A stretch of 64,000 bases of DNA from Alphaproteobacteria bacterium (GTDB taxonomy: Bacteria; Pseudomonadota; Alphaproteobacteria; UBA6615), in assembly GCA_965267185.1 (NCBI GenBank), contig OZ253937.1, forward strand, positions 1,889,151-1,953,150. Reading direction: 5' to 3'. The notes under the pieces are model-generated. The model saw only the letters and a program-made list of their open reading frames with translations. It was not told where the DNA came from and ran no database searches. Positions 19,646 through 27,203 of the stretch are shown here, piece by piece; position 1 is the first letter of the stretch, and each line of letters opens with the position of its first letter. The position numbers and the translations under genes were made by a program.

Positions 19646-20155
19646 TCAGTTCGCTGCCGTACCCGTTCCTTTCATCCGCCGCCACTCCCACGGCGCGACA
19701 AACGTTCCCGACCACAAACCCACCTGCGCCGCCTTCGCTTCGCGCTCCGCGGCGGCAAACTCACCGGCCGATGGCGGTCTCACCAGCGCCCAGCCGCGGC
19801 GGACAAATTCCTCGTTGACGCTAATACCCTTCGGTCCCCCGATACGACAATCGGCGGTCAGATTCCCGCCGGCATCGACACCGCGGCGCCGGCACGAGAT
19901 CCAATGGGTCTCAAGAAGCGCAGCCATGGCGAAGGTCGCCTCCAACCCGCATCGCCATTGTGCGCCACCGCGCTCGCAAGTTTGGTCTTCCTCTGGCGCG
20001 TCAATGCCGTAGAGATCGAAACGGTCGATGCCAATCTCCAGGGTATCGCCATCAATGATACGCGCTTTCCCTTGGATCGGTTGCTGCGATCCCGGCGACT
20101 GCCCAAAAGCCGACGACGACGCGAGCAACAGCCCGAAAAGTGCAAGCACATTCAT
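19646..20155 (-). CDS. Secreted thermonuclease (SNase/micrococcal nuclease-like)
   Basis: Signal peptide MNVLALFGLLLASSSAFG, then IIDGDTLEI...GIDAPE... typical of staphylococcal-nuclease-fold proteins. The start is chosen at the internal Met (offset from the ORF-track coordinates). Confidence 0.65.
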   Translation of the reverse strand: MNVLALFGLLLASSSAFGQSPGSQQPIQGKARIIDGDTLEIGIDRFDLYGIDAPEEDQTCERGGAQWRCGLEATFAMAALLETHWISCRRRGVDAGGNLTADCRIGGPKGISVNEEFVRRGWALVRPPSAGEFAAAEREAKAAQVGLWSGTFVAPWEWRRMKGTGTAAN

Positions 20156-20224
20156 CACTCGCCACCCTGAACCGAACGGCAGCGCCACAATCAACATCTA
20201 GGCGTATCTTCCCGGCGATTGACG

Positions 20225-20869
20225 TTAGAGCTTGCCCTCACGGCGCAAGCGGCGCACCTCTTCACGGTCGATCAGGATCGTATCCGGCACGCCCGATTCG
20301 TAAAGATCGGCCATCTTTGCCGGATCGAACTCACCTTCGCTCATTTTGCCGAATTCCTCAGACCACTGGTAATAGCGCTTATAGTCCTGGGTCTCGAGCG
20401 TGGTGAAATTATCCATCATCAACTCGACCTGGTTGCCGTCGGGATCGCGATAGTAGAACGCCGTCGAGTTGCCGTGGTTCACGCAATAACCAGGCCCGTC
20501 ATATCCGGCTTCAGTCATCGAGCGATAGACGTAAATCAACTCTCCCAAGCTCGCATAACAAAACGCAACATGTGAAACACCGATGGCGTTTTCCGGTTTG
20601 TCGCCGGCACCCTCGCGCTTGATTATGACGATTCGATGATCATGGTCGTCGAAAGACAAGAACGTCAGGCCGTATGGGTTCACCCTGATAACTTCAGCGC
20701 CGAACATCTTTTTGTAGTATTCCACCATCTCGTCATAACGTTCATCGGAGAAGATATGGATATGGTGGAGCTTGGTAGGCGACGGCATCGACGTCACCGC
20801 ACCCGGCGCATCATGGCGCAGCGGTGAAACTTTCTCGGGTAGATAATCGGTTGGCGTTACGGCATCCAT
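20225..20869 (-). CDS. VOC-family (glyoxalase/extradiol dioxygenase-like) protein
   Basis: 214 aa with paired beta-alpha-beta-beta-beta modules (HIHIFSD..., GVSHVAFC...). No specific family assignment. Confidence 0.55.
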   Translation of the reverse strand: MDAVTPTDYLPEKVSPLRHDAPGAVTSMPSPTKLHHIHIFSDERYDEMVEYYKKMFGAEVIRVNPYGLTFLSFDDHDHRIVIIKREGAGDKPENAIGVSHVAFCYASLGELIYVYRSMTEAGYDGPGYCVNHGNSTAFYYRDPDGNQVELMMDNFTTLETQDYKRYYQWSEEFGKMSEGEFDPAKMADLYESGVPDTILIDREEVRRLRREGKL

Positions 20870-20986
20870 TATCGCCTCCTCGCAAAACGGCCGGGGATCG
20901 GTCTCTCGAGTTGATTTGGTACGCGCTGAAACTGCGCCTCAATTTAACGCAACTTTTCAGCAATCAACAACGAAACGGAACCGGTA

Positions 20987-22066
20987 TTGAAATCGATAGT
21001 CCCCCCGCCCTGGCGCAACGGTGCTAATCCGAAAGGGTCCACCGTAACCGGAACCGCGGCCGTCGTAGCGCTGAGCACCGCCTTGTTGGTGGGGCTGCCC
21101 CATCAGCAGGCGCCCGCGCAATCCGCACCGCAACTGGCGCTGCCCGTCGCCTGTGAGGTCCATGTCGATTGTTGGATCGCGAAGTATTTCGATGTCGATC
21201 CTGGCGAAGACGCCCGTGACTACACCGGCGGCCCGCGTACCACCAACAACCACAACGGCATCGACTTCGCGATAAGAGATCTAGCGGCAATGAACGCCGG
21301 CGTACCAGTTCGAGCTGCCGCAGATGGCTGGGTTCGGTCGACGGTCAACGGCATCGAAGACGTCAATATTCAGACAATCGATCGGGATTCGATCGAGGGA
21401 TACTCATGCGGCAACGGCATCGTTATCAGTCATGGTCCCGATTGGATGACCCGATATTGCCATCTAAGAATGGGCAGCGTCCGCGTCGCCAAGGATCAAC
21501 GGGTCAAAACCGGCGATGTTATCGGGCTTGTGGGGCAATCCGGTCTCACTGAATTCCCCCACCTTCATTTCATGGTGCTGCACAAGAGAAAGCCTGTGGA
21601 TCCCTTTTCAATAGATGACGGCACCGGCGGTAGAATGCAAATATGGGCTGCCGCTGCGCAGCAGAATCTGCGTTATGAACCGACATCGGTCTTCGCGCTT
21701 GGGTTCCGCGAGGCTGTACCAGGCAAAAAACAAGTCGATCTGGGCGATATTCCAAATCAAGCGATCATGCCTGACTCACCAGCAATTCTGCTCTGGACAG
21801 GCATCTTTGGCGCTCGTGCAGGTGACCGTATCCGGCTTACGGTCCATGGCCCCGACGACAAAATCGTGGCCGGTCGCGATATTGAGCAGCGGAAAAACGC
21901 CGTTCGGCGGTTCGTTTGGATTGGTAAAAAAAGAGAGGAATTGCACTGGCCGCCGGGTGAATATACCGGGCGTGTCAGAATAATATCGGCCGATCGTACC
22001 CCCCGCGAGCGCCACGTAAAGACTACTAAAGTTACTGTTCCCGCAGCGAGCGGCAATCAGCCGTGA
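20987..22066 (+). CDS. M23 family metallopeptidase (LytM-like) with extra C-terminal domain
   Basis: Contains HNGIDFA...GIVISHG...HLHFMV, consistent with the M23 HxxxD and HxH signature. The N-terminal start is uncertain. Confidence 0.7.
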   Translation: MKSIVPPPWRNGANPKGSTVTGTAAVVALSTALLVGLPHQQAPAQSAPQLALPVACEVHVDCWIAKYFDVDPGEDARDYTGGPRTTNNHNGIDFAIRDLAAMNAGVPVRAAADGWVRSTVNGIEDVNIQTIDRDSIEGYSCGNGIVISHGPDWMTRYCHLRMGSVRVAKDQRVKTGDVIGLVGQSGLTEFPHLHFMVLHKRKPVDPFSIDDGTGGRMQIWAAAAQQNLRYEPTSVFALGFREAVPGKKQVDLGDIPNQAIMPDSPAILLWTGIFGARAGDRIRLTVHGPDDKIVAGRDIEQRKNAVRRFVWIGKKREELHWPPGEYTGRVRIISADRTPRERHVKTTKVTVPAASGNQP

Positions 22067-22088
22067 TCCTAGCGGTTCGACGCTTTGC

Positions 22089-22487
22089 TCAATTCTCCTC
22101 GACAACCGCGATTGCACTCATTTCGATGAGGTAGTCGGGGTTCGTCATTTTGGTGACTTCCACCATCGTCGACGCCGGAAGGGGTGAACTGAAATATTCC
22201 CGGCGCACTTTATGGATGGTGTCGAAGTGTTCCATGTTGCGCACGAAAACATCGACACGGCAGATGTCTTCCATCGTACCACCCGCCGCCTCGACCGCGG
22301 CTTTGACATTCTCGCAGACTTGACGGGTCTGCGCCTCGACATCACCGATTCCGGCGACCGAGCCATCCGGCTGGTGCGCCGTCATGCCCGACACAAATAC
22401 CAGCTTGCCGCGGGCCTCGATGGTGGTCGCGTGTGAGAAATGACCGCTCGGCTCGCGCATCCGGTCCGATGTGATTTGTTGCTTCGC
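22089..22487 (-). CDS. RidA/YjgF/TdcF-family reactive-intermediate deaminase
   Basis: The C-terminal 120 aa align to RidA (GKLVFVSGMTAHQPDGSV...VKAAVEAAGGTMEDICRVDVFV...SAIAV). The start is chosen at an in-frame GTG preceded by GGAGA. The longer ORF-track version (to 22742) would overlap the upstream epimerase gene. Confidence 0.7.
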   Translation of the reverse strand, partial: AKQQITSDRMREPSGHFSHATTIEARGKLVFVSGMTAHQPDGSVAGIGDVEAQTRQVCENVKAAVEAAGGTMEDICRVDVFVRNMEHFDTIHKVRREYFSSPLPASTMVEVTKMTNPDYLIEMSAIAVVEEN

Positions 22488-22518
22488 CACTTTTCTATCT
22501 CCGCTTCGCTCCAGATGT

Positions 22519-23424
22519 TCAACGATAGACCCGGTAAGAACCGTGTTCGATGTCATCGAACAAGCCCGGTCCGTTCGGCGACCAACCCAGCATCGCACGC
22601 GCCTTATCCGCACAGACACGCACATTGGAGCCCATCGCGCAGGCCATCGCCGGCCCCCAAGCGCGCAAGGCGTCAGCCATCGGAAACGTTTCGGTCGCCT
22701 CTCCGAGATCGAGCATCCGACCAATGGCGCGGTTAACATCAATCATCGCCGCCTCACCGCCTTCTAGGTAGAAAAAAGAGCCCGCGGGCGCCTTGTCGAG
22801 CGCGAGCAGATAGGCGTCTGCGCAATCTTCGATATGCACATGGGACCAGACGTTTTCGCCGGCACCGATGTGCCGGGGCACCCCGGAGGCTTTTGCCAAA
22901 GCAATAAACGTCGGTATCTGTGGACTATGAGGCCGCACGCCGAGCCCCTGCCCGTAGATCAGACAGGGGCACATAATCGCGGAATGAACGCCATCACCGG
23001 CGGCGTCGAGAATCATCCGGTCGGTCGCAATGCGGCTGGCCTTTTCCGGCAGCGCGTTGAGCGGCATATCCTCGGTGTAGACGGCGCCGCCTGCCTGACC
23101 GCCGGCATTGTCTGAAACAATACTTGTGCCACTGGTCTGCACAAACCGCTTACCGCTGCCGCGCAACGTATCTACCAGCACGCGTGCAGCGAACGGGTTA
23201 TCGGCGTTAGCGGCGTTGATAACGGCATCGGCAGCCCGGGCACCTGCTTCCAGCACGTCGAAGTCGTCGAGCGTGCCGACCAAAGGGGATATCCCCCTTT
23301 CCCGCAATAATCCCGCCCTTTCTTCGTCGCGCGCCAGACCAGTAACTTGGTGTCCCGCCGCGATGAGCTTAGCCGCAACAGTGCCGCCTATATAGCCGGT
23401 TGCGCCCGTTACGAAGACATTCAT
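22519..23424 (-). CDS. NAD-dependent epimerase/dehydratase (extended SDR) family protein
   Basis: MNVFVTGATGYIGGTVAAKLIAAGHQV... is a Rossmann GxxGxxG N-terminus; 301 aa. Confidence 0.8.
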   Translation of the reverse strand: MNVFVTGATGYIGGTVAAKLIAAGHQVTGLARDEERAGLLRERGISPLVGTLDDFDVLEAGARAADAVINAANADNPFAARVLVDTLRGSGKRFVQTSGTSIVSDNAGGQAGGAVYTEDMPLNALPEKASRIATDRMILDAAGDGVHSAIMCPCLIYGQGLGVRPHSPQIPTFIALAKASGVPRHIGAGENVWSHVHIEDCADAYLLALDKAPAGSFFYLEGGEAAMIDVNRAIGRMLDLGEATETFPMADALRAWGPAMACAMGSNVRVCADKARAMLGWSPNGPGLFDDIEHGSYRVYR

Positions 23425-23730
23425 CCAACCATCTCCCTCGTCGACTGAGCCGCAATCTTACGGGCCGCCGCATTGCCTGCCAAAGCTTCATGGCCGTTAA
23501 CCATAACAGTCGAAAGGATCAATCCTGAATCGCCTTCGGCTTGACTCGTATGTCATAATGCCTACTTGAAACGGGACGGGAGTTTTCCCGGCGCGTCTGC
23601 GTTTGGACCGCCAACAAAGAGGAAAGCCCCGTCTCATAGGGAAGAGAGAGGATCATGGGGAGCTGGAGCCGGGCGTTTCCGGGTGCCAGCGTTCCGATGA
23701 CATAAAAAGAAGAAATTAGTTAATCGGATC

Positions 23731-23919
23731 ATGGACGATACAAAAAACATCGATGCACAAATCGAAGACGATTTGTATGCCGGCTTCACGGCACGGCGTG
23801 TTGAAGAGCCAAAACAGCGCCAGTGTCTGAAGTGCCGCGAACCATTCAGCAGTGAATGGTCGGGAGAGCGTGTGTGCAAGCGCTGCAAATCGTCGGGAAC
23901 GTGGCGGAGCGGCCTCTAA
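23731..23919 (+). CDS. Small (62 aa) zinc-ribbon-like protein (CxxC-x13-CxxC)
   Basis: MDDTKNIDAQIEDDLYAGFTARRVEEPKQRQCLKCREPFSSEWSGERVCKRCKSSGTWRSGL. It sits in a locally AT-rich intergenic island and its codon usage is lower-GC than its neighbours. I recognise no family. Confidence 0.4.
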   Translation: MDDTKNIDAQIEDDLYAGFTARRVEEPKQRQCLKCREPFSSEWSGERVCKRCKSSGTWRSGL

Positions 23920-24100
23920 GAAGAGCCTAAGCCATCGGGCCCATTGCCTGATATTAACCGTTCCTGGCCAATAGCTCCCACGGGGCTTTAGTAACCCGTC
24001 GGGCGGCGTGCGTTTGTGCGCGCGACACTTCCGCTTGCCTGTTGCCCAATCACCGCTCATTTCGGTTAAGCTCGCTGTCGAACACGGCAGGGAGCAAATC

Positions 24101-25309
24101 ATGACCAACACCGAAGAAGCGCTTGCCTCACGGCTGACGACCGCGCAACGCGCGATTCTCGATCAGGAGTACCCCCACTTCACCGACGGCGAGATGGATC
24201 GGCGCCGCCAACTGATCGATCAATGGCTTAGCGAACACGGCCTCGATCACATTTTGGTCTATGGAGCGTTTTGGGCTGGCAACGGTGTCGGCTTCTTTAC
24301 CGGATGGCCGGTGACCGCCGAGGCCGCTGTCGTGTTTTCGCCGAACGCCACGCCGGCAATGTATGTGCAGTTTTACAACCATGTTCCCGAGGCCACCCAC
24401 ATCGCCTACCAGTGCGAGGTCGGTCCCGGCGGCGAGTCGACGATCGAAACCGCAATCGCGACCATGGAAGCGCGCGGCAAACCGAACCCGCGCGTCGGTG
24501 TGATTGGGCCGCTGCCGATGGGGGCCTACCGCGCGCTCGAAGCACGCACATCAGATGTCGTCGATCTCAACCGAACCTACTTCGGCGCACGCATGATCAA
24601 GTCAGAAGAGGAATTCGATTGGCTCAAGATCGGTGCCGTATTGAGCGATCTGTCCTATGAGGCGGTGTTGCGTGACACCAAGCTCGGCGACAACGAACGG
24701 GTGTTGGGAGATATCGTCGAGCATAGCTACCTCCCCTGGGGCGCCACCAATCTCATCCATTTCTTCGGCGTCACCAGCATGGCCGATCCTGACTGTTGCG
24801 TGCCGCGGCAATGGCCGTTGACCCGCAAAGTCGCGAACGGCGATGTTGTGTTCACGGAGATCAGCGCCGACTTCTGGGACTATTCGGGCCAAGTCTTACG
24901 CACATTCACCGTCGGCGCCGATCCAACGCCGCTATATCAGGACCTGCATGCCGCCGCGGATGCTGCGTTCGACGCCATCATCTCGATTCTCGCACCAGGA
25001 ACGACAGCGGCGCAGATCGTCGAGGCATCTTCCGTCATCGAAGATGCCGGTTTCTCGATCTACGATGATCTCGTGCACGGCTATGGTGGCGGGTACCTGC
25101 CGCCGGTGCTCGGCAGCAAGAGCCGGCCGGCGGGGCCAATCCCGGACCTCACTTTGGCACCCGGGATGTGCATGGTGGTGCAACCCAATGTCATAACCAC
25201 CGATCAAAAGGCCGGTGTGCAAACCGGAGAAGCGGTTCGGATCACCGAGACCGGTGTCGAATCGCTACACAGTGTGGCGCGCGGTATGCATCGCATCGAT
25301 CCAGCGTAG
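24101..25309 (+). CDS. M24 family metallopeptidase (creatinase/prolidase-like)
   Basis: ~400 aa with a creatinase-type N-domain and a pita-bread C-domain (DxxxD...HGYGGG...E motifs). The start is at MTNTEE, which has a GGAG SD; the ORF-track upstream extension is rejected. Confidence 0.7.
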   Translation: MTNTEEALASRLTTAQRAILDQEYPHFTDGEMDRRRQLIDQWLSEHGLDHILVYGAFWAGNGVGFFTGWPVTAEAAVVFSPNATPAMYVQFYNHVPEATHIAYQCEVGPGGESTIETAIATMEARGKPNPRVGVIGPLPMGAYRALEARTSDVVDLNRTYFGARMIKSEEEFDWLKIGAVLSDLSYEAVLRDTKLGDNERVLGDIVEHSYLPWGATNLIHFFGVTSMADPDCCVPRQWPLTRKVANGDVVFTEISADFWDYSGQVLRTFTVGADPTPLYQDLHAAADAAFDAIISILAPGTTAAQIVEASSVIEDAGFSIYDDLVHGYGGGYLPPVLGSKSRPAGPIPDLTLAPGMCMVVQPNVITTDQKAGVQTGEAVRITETGVESLHSVARGMHRIDPA

Positions 25310-25345
25310 TAACGGGTCTATAAAGCGCTGCAAGAATGCGGAGCG

Positions 25346-25729
25346 TCAGACCGGCCGCCCGCCGGTGTGCGACGATGTAATCTTAAACGACCAGCCGTCA
25401 GGCCCGGGAATGAAGAACGAACTGTGGATGGTGCCCGATTTGATGCGCGTCGGCTTCAAACCCATCTTGGCATATTTCGCACGGGCTTTTTTAACGTCGT
25501 CGACCATGAAGTCGACAGGCGCCTGATCGCCCGGCTTAATCCGCTTGCGCGATTTCTCGAGTATCAGATGCGTTCCGCCGCGAAGTTCGAGAACGGCAAA
25601 CGTGTCTTTCTCGAAAACCTGCCGCAATCCCAATTGCTGGAGAAATGCACTCGTCGTCGGGACGCTCTTCACCGGCAGATGCACGTGCCCAACGGCAACC
25701 GGCGGTCTTTTGTGAGCTGTTCTTGCCAA
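25346..25729 (-). CDS. VOC-family (glyoxalase/bleomycin-resistance-like) protein
   Basis: 127 aa, VGHVHLPVKSV...FAVLELRGGTHLIL... is a single VOC module. Confidence 0.6.
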   Translation of the reverse strand: MARTAHKRPPVAVGHVHLPVKSVPTTSAFLQQLGLRQVFEKDTFAVLELRGGTHLILEKSRKRIKPGDQAPVDFMVDDVKKARAKYAKMGLKPTRIKSGTIHSSFFIPGPDGWSFKITSSHTGGRPV

Positions 25730-25754
25730 TGAACTACACCTCCATTTTTACGCG

Positions 25755-27203
25755 CTACGCCTCGTCCGCTTTAGTTTGCCTTACTGCCTCAAGACCCGGC
25801 CAAGCGAGTCCGAGGCCAGCGAGAAACCACAAATATCGCTGGTAAAGTATTTCGGTACCGACCGATGAGGCGCCGACGACAACAATCGCGGCGGCTATGC
25901 CGATCAAGACGGGATCATTTACCCATCGGCCGTTTCGCCGCAGTAAGGCGAAAAGTGTTGCAAAGAAGAACGCCGCGAATAGAGACGCCCCAACGATACC
26001 CGTCTCGACAAGCAGCCAAAGCGGCGTCGCGTGAATTTGAATACCCCGCAACGGATCGTCCGAACCGCCGTGGCGCCACAAGAACCCCCCAAGACCGACC
26101 CCAAACACCGGGTTATCGCCCCAATCACTGATCGCCTGCTTCGCCGTTATCAACCGATGACTTAGGCCCTCATCGGACAAGACGTTGTCACGCGCCAGAT
26201 AGTGGTAGGGATCGCGAACGACCGGTGGAGGGGGGACAGGCTCAACATCTGCTCCGGCCGCGTTCGGCGCTTCGACCGTCTCCGAAGCTACAACAGGTGC
26301 GGTTTGTTTTTTGGACCATGTCAGCAAATCAACCGTGAGCAGGTTGATAATCAACGCCAGCAGGGCCGCGATCAGTATCTCGCGCAGGGGAATTTGTCGA
26401 AAAGCCAAGAGAACGGCCAAACCAGCCGCCAAACCAACCCAAGCGCTACGCGAACCAGCGTATGCGAACGCAAGCATCATGAGGGACAACCCGATCCGAA
26501 ACCAAAGCGGTCGGTAAACAGCTTGCGCTTTCATAAGTGGCAGCTGAATTACCACGATGGCGGCAATAGATATCGCAAACGCATTAGGATTCGACGCCAA
26601 CCCCTGCGGCCGGAAAAAGCGCTCCGCATCGGTGAGGTCCGGGAACAGTACGAATATCAAGAACGCAGCAAAACCAATCGCGCTGACAAGCCACCCCATC
26701 CCAACAAAAGTGGCCAATGCAGGCACCGCTAACAGGCGCCCCCGATCAGCTATCCATATTCCGGCGGCAAAATATCCAGTGAGGACCAGCCAGCCGACAC
26801 CCTTATTCAGATAGGCCCAACGAATCCATTCTCCTGTACTTAGGCGGCCGGTAATCAGCGAAACGGCCATCCACACCGTAAGGCCGGCAAGCCAAAGCCA
26901 CCATAGCTTAAGACGCGCCTCGGGCAGCTGGAGGCCAGACATTAGCCAGTCAGTCGCCACAACCACCAGCACCAGAACCAATACCGGATCGGAGATGGCA
27001 AACCTGACCGTTGAGCCAGCAAATTCCGACGGGCTCGCAATCATTACGCGTAACCCAGCATCGGTCGAGACGACATTGACGAGCACATGCAGCAGCGCCG
27101 CGAGACCGACTACAAGATAAACCCGAAAGTCGCGTAGTGCGCCGGTCGGATTGCCAATCGTTCCATACGGTTGGTCCACCATCGGCCCGCCGAAATTAGT
27201 CAT
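25755..27203 (-). CDS. O-antigen ligase/polymerase (Wzy_C-domain) family membrane protein
   Basis: 482 aa, ~10-12 TM segments, with a large periplasmic loop carrying the ...AYAGSRSAWVGLAAGL... and ...HATPLWLLVETGIVG... motifs typical of Wzy/WaaL-like proteins. It is the last gene of the polysaccharide operon. Confidence 0.65.
   Translation of the reverse strand: MTNFGGPMVDQPYGTIGNPTGALRDFRVYLVVGLAALLHVLVNVVSTDAGLRVMIASPSEFAGSTVRFAISDPVLVLVLVVVATDWLMSGLQLPEARLKLWWLWLAGLTVWMAVSLITGRLSTGEWIRWAYLNKGVGWLVLTGYFAAGIWIADRGRLLAVPALATFVGMGWLVSAIGFAAFLIFVLFPDLTDAERFFRPQGLASNPNAFAISIAAIVVIQLPLMKAQAVYRPLWFRIGLSLMMLAFAYAGSRSAWVGLAAGLAVLLAFRQIPLREILIAALLALIINLLTVDLLTWSKKQTAPVVASETVEAPNAAGADVEPVPPPPVVRDPYHYLARDNVLSDEGLSHRLITAKQAISDWGDNPVFGVGLGGFLWRHGGSDDPLRGIQIHATPLWLLVETGIVGASLFAAFFFATLFALLRRNGRWVNDPVLIGIAAAIVVVGASSVGTEILYQRYLWFLAGLGLAWPGLEAVRQTKADEA

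Noticed and set aside
18765-19818. Two long plus-strand ORFs (266 and 346 aa) antisense to the coiled-coil/Sel1 gene
   Set aside because: They mirror the low-complexity coiled-coil codons (Ser/Ala/Cys-rich) and have no start context. This is a classic artefact opposite repetitive Ala/Glu-coding DNA.
22089-22742. Long (217 aa) version of the RidA ORF
   Set aside because: The N-terminal 85 residues are Arg/Trp/Cys-rich, non-homologous, and overlap the 3' end of the upstream epimerase gene. An in-frame GTG with a GGAGA SD gives a canonical ~132-aa RidA.
23655-23705. 16-codon mini-ORF (MGSWSRAFPGASVPMT) upstream of the zinc-ribbon ORF
   Set aside because: The SD-like purine run is too close to the ATG and there is no conservation evidence. 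It is noted only as part of a possible structured leader. A glycine-riboswitch or RNase P-like reading of this stretch did not match consensus cores.
24008-24100. N-terminal extension of the M24 peptidase ORF (MRLCARHFRL...)
   Set aside because: The extension is non-homologous and Arg/Cys-rich. The internal Met MTNTEE has a GGAG SD and gives a normal-length enzyme.
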